From: a virus
Taxonomy: Duplodnaviria; Heunggongvirae; Uroviricota; Caudoviricetes
Length of the DNA stretch: 39,061 nt
Strand: one strand, 5' to 3'
Virus record (IMG/VR): IMGVR_UViG_3300021431_000077
Coordinates: 1 to 39,061 of that record
In this document: positions 9,262 through 19,101 of the stretch, piece by piece
Numbering within the stretch: position 1 is the first letter of the stretch
How the letters are laid out: each line of letters opens with the position of its first letter
The notes under the pieces: model-generated
Database searches by the model: none
What the model was told of the DNA's origin: nothing
Seen by the model: the letters and a program-made list of their open reading frames with translations, nothing else
Made by a program: the position numbers and the translations under genes

Positions 9262-11024
9262 TGCGAAAGCAACTGGCGAAACGGCAGGATGGTCCGATAG
9301 CGGATGAAACCCATCCGCCGTTATCGGATTCAATTCAGAAACTCAAAGATATCACACAGAATATCGAACAGGTTGACTTTTGGCTGGAGGAATTTCCATC
9401 CAAGACGAGGGATAAAATTCTGTATGCTGCAAAGCGTATTGGAAAAATCTTTCTTGACCCGTCGATTGCGGTGAGTTTGATTGAATTTGCCTGCTCTGGA
9501 TATACGAAGAAGGAAATACGGAACAGTGTTGCACTTAGCTCAATTGATGCTGTCCGTAACGTATTGATGGCCAAGAAGTTCGGTGACATGATAGTAGACA
9601 AAATCAATGTCATAAAGGTTACCCAGAAGTCCCAAATGATGGAGACTATCGAGGAACTGTATCCTAACCTGAAAAAATACAAATACGATATAAAATACCC
9701 GTTTTCTATCCCGTTCTTCCCACAAATTTACATGTGGTTACTCGGTAAATCCTACTGGACAAAGAAACCAATAAATGTATTCATACGCCAGTTAGAAAAG
9801 AATGTGACAATCAGGGTTGTAGATACCAATATATTGTACAATGGCACCACTGGGATTGGTGAGCTTTCCGCAATGGACTCTCGCGGTGAAATTGTCCACT
9901 TCAGTGACGATGTTCATGAGAAATTCTTCTACGCTTTGTTCGAACTTGATATCGACGACGATAGATTTCGATTGATGGCAACATATTCTATTAGCAATTT
10001 GGAACGTAACACGCAAGACAATCTTCTTCTCCATCTTGACATGTCTTATGGCTCAGCCGCCAACGGAAAAAACAGTGCATATAAAAGACGGTTTTATGGA
10101 GAACACTGCGGACCCAAGCATGGCATGACGATTAGTCAACTTATCGGCGCTGCTTTTCTTCAACAATGTTTGGCAGAATATAGGTCCATACCTGACGGGC
10201 AAGACGGGTCCGCAGAACCGAGGGATAATGACGGGTATGTACATGGATTTGAGGCACTGGTTGTTAATGATGGCAAAGGAGCTCGCGCATGCACTTCTTT
10301 TGTCTCCACCGCAATTCCGTATGTAAACTATGCTGATTCATTATCGTCTGAAACGGATGATGGTAAAATGGTTATGGACGGTGTAAGGTATATCATGGAA
10401 CACGGTGGCCATCGCGGTTATGCCTTCGTAGGAAAGCCAGGTAGCGGCAAAACAACATTGATGAACCGTATTGTGCAGGAATTTTCCGATAAGGCCGATT
10501 TCGTCATATTGGGAAAGGATGACTTGGGTGCGATGAATCCGTATACGGTATCTGGATTGTGCTCCCTATTGGGAAATGTGATAATCGTAGTTGATGATAT
10601 CGATTCGGTGGACTTTGAGGACAAGAACAACAACGTCGATACATTGATTCGATTGTTTAGCGACCTGAACTCGCTTGATTGTAACTATGTGTTTATCTGC
10701 ACAGCGAATAATGCTTCGAAAATAAATAAGTGCCTTATCGGTCGTGCAGACAGAATCGACGAAGTGGTCAACTTCGATGGAGTTACAACGGAAGAGGCCA
10801 AGAAGTTCTTTGAAGATAAGTTTTCAGGGCAGGATTTCAGCCAATCGTGTGAGCGTCTATTCCAGCAGATTCAAGATGAAGGAATGACTTACTCGGACCT
10901 TGGTAACCTCGTTCAGCTGGTTACAATCTATTTCGATGGAAAGGTGACGTGCGATTCTCTTTCGTTCGCAATCAAACGTGTTGTTGATACGAAGAAACTA
11001 GCTAGCAATGAGGATACGGTTTGA
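9261..11024 (+). CDS. AAA+ family ATPase with long N-terminal region
   Basis: Walker A GKPGSGKT, Walker B IIVVDDID, sensor TANN, and GRADRIDE arginine-finger-like segment. Confidence 0.85.
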   Translation: MRKQLAKRQDGPIADETHPPLSDSIQKLKDITQNIEQVDFWLEEFPSKTRDKILYAAKRIGKIFLDPSIAVSLIEFACSGYTKKEIRNSVALSSIDAVRNVLMAKKFGDMIVDKINVIKVTQKSQMMETIEELYPNLKKYKYDIKYPFSIPFFPQIYMWLLGKSYWTKKPINVFIRQLEKNVTIRVVDTNILYNGTTGIGELSAMDSRGEIVHFSDDVHEKFFYALFELDIDDDRFRLMATYSISNLERNTQDNLLLHLDMSYGSAANGKNSAYKRRFYGEHCGPKHGMTISQLIGAAFLQQCLAEYRSIPDGQDGSAEPRDNDGYVHGFEALVVNDGKGARACTSFVSTAIPYVNYADSLSSETDDGKMVMDGVRYIMEHGGHRGYAFVGKPGSGKTTLMNRIVQEFSDKADFVILGKDDLGAMNPYTVSGLCSLLGNVIIVVDDIDSVDFEDKNNNVDTLIRLFSDLNSLDCNYVFICTANNASKINKCLIGRADRIDEVVNFDGVTTEEAKKFFEDKFSGQDFSQSCERLFQQIQDEGMTYSDLGNLVQLVTIYFDGKVTCDSLSFAIKRVVDTKKLASNEDTV

Positions 11025-11036
11025 TGAGGTAGGTGT

Positions 11037-11213
11037 ATGATTAGAATGAAAGACGATTTTCAGTGTACCCATGACCTCCTCGATATTTGGGAATGGATGG
11101 AAAATGCCTTTATACGGGAGTGCGACCGCAAGGGTATTGACCCTGATGATTACGGCGAGATTACCGTGTCATTTTCAGTGAGTGTAAAACAGAAAAAGAA
11201 GCCGAGGAAATAA
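11037..11213 (+). CDS. Hypothetical protein (58 aa)
   Basis: GAGGT SD, ATG 11037, stop overlaps next ATG (TAATG). Confidence 0.55.
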   Translation: MIRMKDDFQCTHDLLDIWEWMENAFIRECDRKGIDPDDYGEITVSFSVSVKQKKKPRK

Positions 11214-11575
11214 TGGAAGCTCATGTCTATGTTCGGAATGGTTCTCCGTGGATTTGTGCGGTGTGTCCCAAATGCGGTCACGGTGTCTATCAATCTGAAA
11301 AATACTGCAAGGAATGCGGTACGAAGATTGAATTCAATGATTTTCTCAAAGTAAGCCACACTCGTGGACTTAAATTTAGAAGTAGTGAATGGGTAAGATA
11401 CATTCCTAACAAAATGGAGAATCTAAAGAATTTCTTGTATGAATTGAAAAAGCTTGAACAGGCGCATCAAATTGAAGAAACCAGCATGGTGAAAATCATG
11501 CGTGATGCCTATTGCAAGACGTGTGCTGATGAATTGTTTAAGCTGGAGGTGCCCAATGAAAGTGTATCTAAATAA
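11213..11575 (+). CDS. Zinc-ribbon-containing hypothetical protein
   Basis: CPKCG...CKECG motifs. Confidence 0.7.
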   Translation: MEAHVYVRNGSPWICAVCPKCGHGVYQSEKYCKECGTKIEFNDFLKVSHTRGLKFRSSEWVRYIPNKMENLKNFLYELKKLEQAHQIEETSMVKIMRDAYCKTCADELFKLEVPNESVSK

Positions 11576-11849
11576 CGGAACAATGATTGAATGCACCGTA
11601 GATGAATTCGAGGAACTCTACACAAGAGGATATCTTGGTGAGAACGGGATGCAGAAAGCGCTAGACGATTTCATGAAAGGCGTTCCAGGCACTCCCATTC
11701 AGCCAAAGCCAATCCAGTTTCCTAGGAATACGGAAATAATGCTGTATGGTTGCGGATTTCCGTCGCCTATCGCTGACCAACCCCACGTTTATACCTCTGG
11801 AACGCAAGGTGTTGATGCAACTTCGCCAACGGACAGGAGCGACAAATGA
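11556..11849 (+). CDS. Hypothetical protein
   Basis: GGAGG SD before ATG 11556 (MKVYLNNG...). Confidence 0.65.
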   Translation: MKVYLNNGTMIECTVDEFEELYTRGYLGENGMQKALDDFMKGVPGTPIQPKPIQFPRNTEIMLYGCGFPSPIADQPHVYTSGTQGVDATSPTDRSDK

Positions 11850-12004
11850 CAATAACGACCGTAGCAGACTTGGTTGAACGGCTTCAAAAGATGCCGCAAG
11901 ACTTGCCCGTAGTTGATATGGGAAAGATGCCGTTTGAAGATGTGTTTGAAGACATCAAATATTACGACGATGGGCGAGAAGAGAAAGTCGTTGTCGTGTA
12001 CTAA
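11846..12004 (+). CDS. Hypothetical protein (52 aa)
   Basis: AGGAG SD, ATGA overlap; MTITTVADLVERLQKMPQDLPVV... Confidence 0.6.
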   Translation: MTITTVADLVERLQKMPQDLPVVDMGKMPFEDVFEDIKYYDDGREEKVVVVY

Positions 12005-12018
12005 TAGGAGAATATCTA

Positions 12019-12189
12019 ATGCCGCAAAATGTTCCTGAACGACCGAAGATGGAAATTGTCATCGACAATGGAATTTTCGACCCAATCGTACGGCTATTGG
12101 TAAAGCTTGGCCTGTGCCATCAAAAGGAACGGTTTCAAGCCGAACATCCAAATGCCAATGTAAGATACCAATGGGAATACGACAAATAA
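12019..12189 (+). CDS. Hypothetical protein (56 aa)
   Basis: AGGAG SD, followed by a terminator. Confidence 0.55.
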   Translation: MPQNVPERPKMEIVIDNGIFDPIVRLLVKLGLCHQKERFQAEHPNANVRYQWEYDK

Positions 12190-12193
12190 GAAG

Positions 12194-12219
12194 AAAGCTC
12201 CGTTTGAACGGAGCTTTTT
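12194..12219. terminator. Bidirectional intrinsic terminator
   Basis: aaagctccgt-ttga-acggagcttttt between convergent genes. Confidence 0.75.
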
Positions 12220-12222
12220 GCG

Positions 12223-13248
12223 TTACCAACCACCAAGAAGTTTCTCGCAAGGTTGATAGGACGGGGACTCGGTAACGTTGTCCACGCATTCTGGAACTTC
12301 GGGAGGCCTGAACAGGACATCCTTTTTGAGCTCGTCCACTGTTGCGTTGACCGCAAACGGGTATTCCGCTTGTGTTGTCGGCTTTGCCGCATCCGAACCA
12401 GATTCCATTTCTCCCTTCTCGTAGGTTGTCTTTCCGAGGAGGTTGTTGATGAAGTTCTCCTGGTCGGGCTTCATCAAAACGTCGTCCGATACCTTCTGTC
12501 CAGAATCCACTGCCGTATCCACGAAAACCTTCCACCAATACTTTCTTTGCTTGTACTCGTATTCAGGCTGCTCGTCGGAAATCTTGGTCACCTGATACAA
12601 GATGTTGTTGAACTCGAACTTGAGCATATCGCCAGCCTTGGGGAAAATCTGCTGTGCGGTATAACCATAGTAACGGAAGTCTTCATAGCCACGCTGATAC
12701 CAGATTGGGTTGTGCTCTGTCGGGGCGCATGCGGGCTTGATGCCGTGTTCCCTCAGCGACTGGTAGTTGCATTCTAGGAAGTAGGTCATCAGGAATTGAA
12801 GTTCCATCTTGCCGTCGAACTGGATGCCGTACCTGTCGTAAAGTTCCTTCTGCGGCTGGAACCCGATTAGAACTTGGAAGTCGAACTCCCTGTCAACAGT
12901 ACGCAAGTTGTCCTCGTGGAACAGAGAGTTGCTGTCCACGTCCATCGTTACGGTGTAATACTTTACGAATACACCCTGACGCTTTACGAAGTCCGCTGAC
13001 ATCCTGTCATAACGCTCTTGGTCAAGGAATGCGTTGTGCCTGCGGTAGTGGAACCTCACCCCGAGGTTCCTGTCACGGGACATGACTGGGTTGTTAATCT
13101 GGGCCTTTTCAGACCGTTCGACATAGGCTCCAATCCTGTCGTTCCACAGATGTTCGGAAACGTTTGTGAGAACCGAGAAGTTCTTTCGCTCCTCGTTTAT
13201 AGCTCGGCAGTTACCCCTTACGGGTATGATGAATCCGTTTACCTTCAT
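12223..13248 (-). CDS. Neck/head-closure protein, T4 gp14-like
   Basis: GVFVKYY...LFHED...F...YDRYGIQFD...FPKAGDMLKF...NILYQVTKI...EY...KYWWKV follows the gp14 pattern, recognised by eye. Confidence 0.6.
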   Translation of the reverse strand: MKVNGFIIPVRGNCRAINEERKNFSVLTNVSEHLWNDRIGAYVERSEKAQINNPVMSRDRNLGVRFHYRRHNAFLDQERYDRMSADFVKRQGVFVKYYTVTMDVDSNSLFHEDNLRTVDREFDFQVLIGFQPQKELYDRYGIQFDGKMELQFLMTYFLECNYQSLREHGIKPACAPTEHNPIWYQRGYEDFRYYGYTAQQIFPKAGDMLKFEFNNILYQVTKISDEQPEYEYKQRKYWWKVFVDTAVDSGQKVSDDVLMKPDQENFINNLLGKTTYEKGEMESGSDAAKPTTQAEYPFAVNATVDELKKDVLFRPPEVPECVDNVTESPSYQPCEKLLGGW

Positions 13249-13266
13249 GCAAATAGTTTATAAACT

Positions 13267-13797
13267 ATGTGTATGGAAACGAAACTGTTTTTTGAATCTA
13301 TCGGAAAGCTCGGCCTTTCCGAGGCCCAGTTGGAAGCCATCAAGCGTCTTCACAAGGCGTGTTTTGAGGGCTATGAACGAAACCTGATGTTGCCGATGGC
13401 TGAGAACCATAACATTCATGATGCTATTCAGTTACCTATGGCAACTAACAGTTCTCACTCGAACGAAGTAGGCGCCCAACAGCACCCGATGACCATTTCA
13501 ACAAACCCGAATGCAAACCGAGACCCTAAGAAGGAAATGAAGGAATGCTTCCCTGGCAAGATTGTATGGAAGAGGGAAAAGATTAAGACTGACCCGAAAA
13601 TTCAGGAAATGATAAAGACCGCACAGGGTCACATCAAGCAGAATTACCCAGTCCTTAATTATAACGCAAGCGCACAGCCGATGGCATGTGGGTTCGCTGC
13701 TCCTAACAGGATGAACTACTCGCCGTACAAGCAGGGTTGTGCCGTTGGTTGCTACGATGGTGGTGGCGGAGCTGATGCAGGTGGCCCGACGGTATAG
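13267..13797 (+). CDS. Hypothetical protein with shared N-terminal leader motif (possible internal head protein)
   Basis: FFESIGKLGLSEAQLEAIKRLHKACFE leader; palindromic AGTTTATAAACT upstream. Confidence 0.7.
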   Translation: MCMETKLFFESIGKLGLSEAQLEAIKRLHKACFEGYERNLMLPMAENHNIHDAIQLPMATNSSHSNEVGAQQHPMTISTNPNANRDPKKEMKECFPGKIVWKREKIKTDPKIQEMIKTAQGHIKQNYPVLNYNASAQPMACGFAAPNRMNYSPYKQGCAVGCYDGGGGADAGGPTV

Positions 13798-13798
13798 T

Positions 13799-14527
13799 AT
13801 GTACAACGTAACTGTTAAAAAGAACCGCCCGATAGAATACCTCGTTATTCACTACACTGCGGGCACGAGTTCCAAGGGTGGAACTGCAAAGCGTGTTGCA
13901 ACGTCTTTTGGAAAGCAGTCCAAAAAAGCAAGCGCTGACTTTATTGTAGACCAAGATGAGGTTGTTCAGTTCAATCCAGATATCAGGAACCAGTATTGCT
14001 GGGCTGTTGGTGATAAGATTTACAATAAATTTTCCACATCGCTTGGCGGAACGTTGTACAAGACCGCTCGTAATGCAAACTGTATCTCGATTGAGATGTG
14101 TTCCGACAAGAAGAATACCAAGTCACTCAAAGTAACTGATACCGACTGGAGTATTTCGGACAAGGTTATCGAACGTACCGCATTGCTTGCAAAGAAGCTC
14201 ATGAAGGAATACGATATTCCTCTCGACCACGTAATCATGCACCATTGCATTAGCGGAAAGCAATGCCCGCAACCGTGGACGAGGGACGAGGAATCTCTAT
14301 CCAACTGGTATGACTTCCTTAAAATCATCGGCCCCGAAAAGCGTAAGAGGAATCCTTTGTATTCAGGTGTTACCACCGCCAATCTGAATTGTCGTGAAGC
14401 TCCCATTGTAGGAAATGTCGTCACTAAATATGAGAAGGGCACCCAGATAAATATCTATGCTGAAAGGCGTGGGTGGGGCCGAACCACTGACGGATGGGTT
14501 TCACTAAATTATGTCGAACGGATATGA
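13799..14527 (+). CDS. Endolysin: N-acetylmuramoyl-L-alanine amidase (Amidase_2) with C-terminal SH3b domain
   Basis: IEYLVIHYTAG, SADFIVD, ISIEMC, IMHH..SGKQCP; LNCREAP...GWGRTTDGWVSLNY; ATG 13799. Confidence 0.85.
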   Translation: MYNVTVKKNRPIEYLVIHYTAGTSSKGGTAKRVATSFGKQSKKASADFIVDQDEVVQFNPDIRNQYCWAVGDKIYNKFSTSLGGTLYKTARNANCISIEMCSDKKNTKSLKVTDTDWSISDKVIERTALLAKKLMKEYDIPLDHVIMHHCISGKQCPQPWTRDEESLSNWYDFLKIIGPEKRKRNPLYSGVTTANLNCREAPIVGNVVTKYEKGTQINIYAERRGWGRTTDGWVSLNYVERI

Positions 14528-14555
14528 AGAAAGCGGGTGTTGAACCCGCCTTTTT
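14528..14555. terminator. Intrinsic terminator
   Basis: gcgggt-gttga-acccgc followed by ctttttc. Confidence 0.7.
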
Positions 14556-14619
14556 CATACCTTGCCCGTTATCAATAGAATTGTTATGACGACGATTGCG
14601 AAAGTTACCAGAGGATAAA

Positions 14620-14814
14620 TCATGTAGTTTCGACAGACGACGTTCCGTCGCCGTTGTCCTTGTCAACGGACTTCCAGTCCTTCTCGACGAACTCAGGGGC
14701 GTCGTCATCCTCTGGGAAGGTTGCGTCGTGAAGTTCTTCGATGACCGATTCCATTGCCGCTGGCAAGCTCAACTTTCTGATTTCTGATTCGAACATTTGC
14801 TTCTTCAATGACAT
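14620..14814 (-). CDS. Small acidic protein with shared N-terminal leader motif
   Basis: MSLKKQMFESEIRKLSLPAAMESVIEELHDATFPE; AGGAG SD. Confidence 0.65.
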   Translation of the reverse strand: MSLKKQMFESEIRKLSLPAAMESVIEELHDATFPEDDDAPEFVEKDWKSVDKDNGDGTSSVETT

Positions 14815-14823
14815 ATTGTCCTC

Positions 14824-15603
14824 CTAGATTGCCCCGAGACGTTTTGCCTCGTCGATGTCTCTCTTGTTCATAATGTAGTAGCCGTTACGGTTCTCTGCCG
14901 TGTTGTTCTTCAATGCTCCGAACCTGTACCGATAAGCGTCGATGTCGTGCGGGGCTGCTGTTCCCGTCACTTCAAGTTCATGCATAGGGACGAACTGTTG
15001 TGCAAACTGGTTCATGTCGGCTTCGTTCTTGAAACGGATTACGTCCACCTTGCTGTCGTTGTTCTTGTCCTTGATGAACATTAGTCTGGATTCGCTAAGC
15101 TCGTCATATTCCTTCTTGTTCTTCATGAGGTCGTCAGCGTGGCGAGCCTTCATGCTGGAATCGTTTGTCGTTGTCACGTTGTATTTGCCGCCTGACATAC
15201 GATTGATTTCGTTCATCTTGTTGGTGAACGACGTTCCGTGCATGTTCGCACCCCACTGAGCCTTCGGAATGCTTACGTACTGCCAGATATGAATCATCTC
15301 GTGGAGCAGGACTTCCTCAGCCTCGGTTTCGGTGATGTCGTTGAAATAGCTTGACAGACGGATTTTGAGTTTACCAACGTAGTTGTCGCCAACCTGTATG
15401 CTTCCAGCTGACGGCATGTTGCTGACGACACATGATGCGTCGCCGACAGCGTTTTGCGTTCCAGACATCTCGAACTGGATATCCTTCGGGAGCTTTCCAC
15501 CGAAGAAACGGGAATTGAACTCGTTGTACTTCCGTTTGGCCCACTCGCTGGTTATCCTAAGGTTTGTGTCGAGCTTGTCGATGCGTTCAAAAAGAGAATT
15601 CAT
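14824..15603 (-). CDS. SprT-like zinc metalloprotease
   Basis: YNEFNSRFFGG, IRLS, VLLHEMIH (HExxH), HGTSF. Confidence 0.8.
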   Translation of the reverse strand: MNSLFERIDKLDTNLRITSEWAKRKYNEFNSRFFGGKLPKDIQFEMSGTQNAVGDASCVVSNMPSAGSIQVGDNYVGKLKIRLSSYFNDITETEAEEVLLHEMIHIWQYVSIPKAQWGANMHGTSFTNKMNEINRMSGGKYNVTTTNDSSMKARHADDLMKNKKEYDELSESRLMFIKDKNNDSKVDVIRFKNEADMNQFAQQFVPMHELEVTGTAAPHDIDAYRYRFGALKNNTAENRNGYYIMNKRDIDEAKRLGAI

Positions 15604-15659
15604 TTTACGACCTCTATCTGAATACAGTTTATAAACTCTAATTGTTAAAGGGGGCCACT

Positions 15660-16013
15660 ATGCAAGCAATAATGCAAAACAAACAGATTATAGACCAGAA
15701 CGCACCGAAGCTGCTAATCAACTACGATATTGCCGAGATGATACAGCTTGCAGTAGATGTTCTTAAACGCTTCGGCAAGAACGTACAAGAAGTTGAACTT
15801 ATGGGCAAGAAGATGCACGGGATATGCTATCAGGATTCCGTCGTCACTATCCTGTCCGACAGGATGAAACGGCATTTTGCGGTGTATCGCAACCGTACTG
15901 GAACGCTCGTTGCAACCATTATGGACGGGATTGTGAACTCCTACCACTGGGAGATAATGTTCATTGAAGCCCATCTGAAACATTTGTTGGGACAGGAAAC
16001 CGATAAACTGTAG
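15660..16013 (+). CDS. Hypothetical protein
   Basis: ATG 15660 after GGGG SD; palindromic AGTTTATAAACT at 15626-15637. Confidence 0.6.
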   Translation: MQAIMQNKQIIDQNAPKLLINYDIAEMIQLAVDVLKRFGKNVQEVELMGKKMHGICYQDSVVTILSDRMKRHFAVYRNRTGTLVATIMDGIVNSYHWEIMFIEAHLKHLLGQETDKL

Positions 16014-16035
16014 ATGAATTTGATTGGTGTCAAAT

Positions 16036-16890
16036 ATGGATAATTACAAGATTTTCATGGAAGCTATATCCAAGCTGGACCTTAGCAAGCCTCAGTTGGA
16101 AGCTCTCAGCAATTTGTATAGGATTAGTGCAAATCGTCCTAAGATTAACGGCGAGAACATGGGAGATGTTATCAACGAGGTTAACGAACGGATGGATGCT
16201 TATGCGTCTTACCTTAGTTCTATGCCTCACAGCAAAGAAGAGTTCTTTGACAAGGTGAATAAGAAGTGGCACGAGCTTAGGGATAGATACAATTTGAGAG
16301 TACCTGAGGATAACTGGTTCGATGTGGACCTGCACTCCCTGACGTGGATTCCTAGAATTAAGCACTTGGACGAGGATAGTGTATATAGTGATGAGGAAAA
16401 ACGCTATGACTCCGATGCACAGGCCAAGGCTTGGCTCAACATGATGTTTGACCGTCGAAAGAAGGATAGGTCTGACTTCAGAAGGTATCTCCAATGGGAA
16501 CGTGATTGCCTACGGATGAAGTACCCGTCTCGTGGTGCAGGTATTTCCGCATACAAGAATGACCCTGAAATCAACGAAGCCCTTAACCACGGAGGAACTG
16601 CCGAGCTTGTAGGAAAGTATTGCTTGGAAAAGGCTCTCATGCACCCGTTACTGGCAGGGTTGGAACAGGCTGACAATCCAGAGACTAAACGGAAATATGC
16701 TGATTTGTCTAACAGGATGGCGTACATAGAAGATGTTAAGTTCAATGGAAAAATTCCTTCAATGTATCTTGATGGCCCAGACGAGATATGGTTCGGATGG
16801 CACAGGATTCCAGGTGGAAAGAGGGCGTTCACAAAGAAACGCTTTGGCCGAGATTCTGACATGTTCTCGAAGATACCGCCCCGTCAATAA
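16036..16890 (+). CDS. Hypothetical protein with shared N-terminal leader motif
   Basis: MDNYKIFMEAISKLDLSKPQLEALSNLY. Confidence 0.7.
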   Translation: MDNYKIFMEAISKLDLSKPQLEALSNLYRISANRPKINGENMGDVINEVNERMDAYASYLSSMPHSKEEFFDKVNKKWHELRDRYNLRVPEDNWFDVDLHSLTWIPRIKHLDEDSVYSDEEKRYDSDAQAKAWLNMMFDRRKKDRSDFRRYLQWERDCLRMKYPSRGAGISAYKNDPEINEALNHGGTAELVGKYCLEKALMHPLLAGLEQADNPETKRKYADLSNRMAYIEDVKFNGKIPSMYLDGPDEIWFGWHRIPGGKRAFTKKRFGRDSDMFSKIPPRQ

Positions 16891-16900
16891 ACGAACACCA

Positions 16901-16929
16901 TTGACAAAACGGCCTTCATATCCTATCTT
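16901..16929 (+). promoter_or_regulatory. Sigma70-type promoter
   Basis: TTGACA-17 nt-TATCTT. Confidence 0.6.
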
Positions 16930-16935
16930 TGGGGC

Positions 16936-17736
16936 ATGAAGGCCTTTATTTTTTCGGATTTTCACTATGACTATTACAGGAAGGAGATGTCTATGGACAC
17001 GTTTGTGTCCAAGTTCCTCCCTGCTGACATGCTGATTGTCCCAGGCGATATAGCAAGCAAGTTTAATGCTGCCAAAGAAATTCTAAAACGGCTATGCGAC
17101 ATGTACAGTCATGTCGTTTTTTGTCTTGGAAACCACGACATGACAACCCATGTTGACTATGGCAAGTTCAAGACGACAGAAGAAAAGATTGAATGTTTCC
17201 ACCAGCTGGCTGACTCCATCGGTAACCTCCACTTGCTGGACGGCAATGCGGAAACCATCTGTGGCGTGACCATTGGAGGATGTACTGGCATCTGGGACTA
17301 TACCTACCTGAGATACCTCGATACGTCCCATACCCAGCAGGAAGTTGACAGCAACTGGGTCGCTAACACGTATGACGGCAAGTTCTGGAACTACATGAAC
17401 AACGACATCACCCGTATCAGGGAGAGATTGAACCAGCAGTGCAGGTCCGTCCTCGCATTGAAGCCCGACGTGATGGTTACTCACTATGCCCCGATAAATT
17501 TCCGAGTGCCAGACGAGCATGCCAAGTTCAACTCGGTATATTACTATTTCTCGCCTGAGTATATCAAAATGTTGAAACCAGGTTCCATCTGGTGTGCGGG
17601 CCATACACATACCGCATACCATGTTGGAAACCTCTATATCAACCCGTTGGGATATCCAGATGAGAAACCCTACGAGTTCAATTCTTTAGACAAAGAAGAT
17701 TTTGTTATAGATTTGCCTCACAATAATTTATTTTAG
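16936..17736 (+). CDS. Calcineurin-like metallophosphoesterase
   Basis: SDFHYD, VPGD, LGNHD, VTHYAP, AGHTH motifs. Confidence 0.88.
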   Translation: MKAFIFSDFHYDYYRKEMSMDTFVSKFLPADMLIVPGDIASKFNAAKEILKRLCDMYSHVVFCLGNHDMTTHVDYGKFKTTEEKIECFHQLADSIGNLHLLDGNAETICGVTIGGCTGIWDYTYLRYLDTSHTQQEVDSNWVANTYDGKFWNYMNNDITRIRERLNQQCRSVLALKPDVMVTHYAPINFRVPDEHAKFNSVYYYFSPEYIKMLKPGSIWCAGHTHTAYHVGNLYINPLGYPDEKPYEFNSLDKEDFVIDLPHNNLF

Positions 17737-17758
17737 TAATCGAATCAAGGAGACTCAA

Positions 17759-18415
17759 ATGCAAGAAGTGAACAATGCTACCGACAGCGTGAGAAATCAC
17801 AATGTAGGCAACTCTGACTACGCAAAACATAAAATACAGCCGTGGGATGTATGGATTGAGTTCCAGCTGAACCCGTTCGATGCAGACCTTGCCAAGAGGA
17901 CGCTCCGCACCAAGGCGGAAGGCGGCATGACCCAGAACGAAGCAAGGAAGCTCGACTACGAGAAAATCGTGCATATCGCTTCCGAGCGCATCCGACAGAT
18001 TAAGACGGGCGTCACATGGCCTGTATCTGCCGTTGCGTGTCCGACGGGAGCGAGGGTCGATGATATAGTACAAGAATACAATCTTTGTGCGAGAGATGCG
18101 ATGATTCTTGACAGCATCCTCATGAAGGAACCTACGGATGCTGGTCGCATCAGGCAGTATGAAGATGTCATTCGCTTTGCTAAGGAACGCATTGAAGAGC
18201 TTAATCCGCTGATTGCAGAGGAAAAAAGACAGGCAAAGAGCAAAAAAGTACCCGATAAGCGTGATTTTATCATCGAAAATGCCGCTAAAACCATAAATGC
18301 CTGCCTCAAAAAAATTTCGGCGGAACAGTCAACATATAAACAAATAACAAAGTCGATGGAATCGCTGTTGAATGAAATCGCTTCCAAAGACCAGTTAGAC
18401 TTGTTTAACCATTAA
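17759..18415 (+). CDS. Hypothetical protein, N-terminus resembles DUF3310-type phage proteins
   Basis: VGNSDYAKHKIQPWDVW...LNPFDADLAKRTLR; GGAG SD. Confidence 0.55.
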   Translation: MQEVNNATDSVRNHNVGNSDYAKHKIQPWDVWIEFQLNPFDADLAKRTLRTKAEGGMTQNEARKLDYEKIVHIASERIRQIKTGVTWPVSAVACPTGARVDDIVQEYNLCARDAMILDSILMKEPTDAGRIRQYEDVIRFAKERIEELNPLIAEEKRQAKSKKVPDKRDFIIENAAKTINACLKKISAEQSTYKQITKSMESLLNEIASKDQLDLFNH

Positions 18416-18432
18416 CCTGAGAGGGAGACATC

Positions 18433-19047
18433 ATGAGCGTTTACGAAGATATGAATGTCATCAACCTGTCCGTACTGGATGAGGCTGCCCTTTCAGAGTT
18501 CTTTACGAACAACGTAAACAAGCACTTCTGGTTCCAGCGTACTGACATCGGTCTTGAATTGAAGTATAATACGGTATTGGAACAAACAGGGCATCTGTGG
18601 TGGAAGAAAGTTAGACGAGCCGCAAAGTTGGCTAACTTCACACCGCCAGAAGGGGATGACTACAACGTGTGTTCCGATATCGCCAAAAAATTTGGACATC
18701 TTATCGAAGAACACTTGCCAAGCGGTTACGAAATTACTATAATGGCAACGTTGAAGTTCATCCGAATCGATTGCCCCTACAAGGGAACATATCGACAACC
18801 AGTCTACGATTACAACGTAGTGAACGTGGTGGACAGAAACAGTAACCGACAACTATCGATGGAAGAAATCATTGATATCTGCGGCAAGACCAAGCTAAGG
18901 GCGCCCGATTTCGAAGTCGGAGAATACATGTTCCTAAGTCTTGGCGAGATGTTCAAATCCTTTGAGTCGTTCAAAAAGTACGTTCGAGAATGCGATAAAG
19001 ACCATTACGAACTAATAGCTTTCAGGGCGACACAAGAAATTCGATAA
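18433..19047 (+). CDS. Hypothetical protein
   Basis: 204-aa ORF, GGAG SD. Confidence 0.7.
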   Translation: MSVYEDMNVINLSVLDEAALSEFFTNNVNKHFWFQRTDIGLELKYNTVLEQTGHLWWKKVRRAAKLANFTPPEGDDYNVCSDIAKKFGHLIEEHLPSGYEITIMATLKFIRIDCPYKGTYRQPVYDYNVVNVVDRNSNRQLSMEEIIDICGKTKLRAPDFEVGEYMFLSLGEMFKSFESFKKYVRECDKDHYELIAFRATQEIR

Positions 19048-19072
19048 AAATTAAAAAAAATCGAATTACCCC

Positions 19073-19101
19073 TTGACAAAGATTTTGAATATTTCTATAA
19101 T
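19073..19101 (+). promoter_or_regulatory. Consensus sigma70 promoter driving the RNA operon
   Basis: TTGACA-17 nt-TATAAT. Confidence 0.85.
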
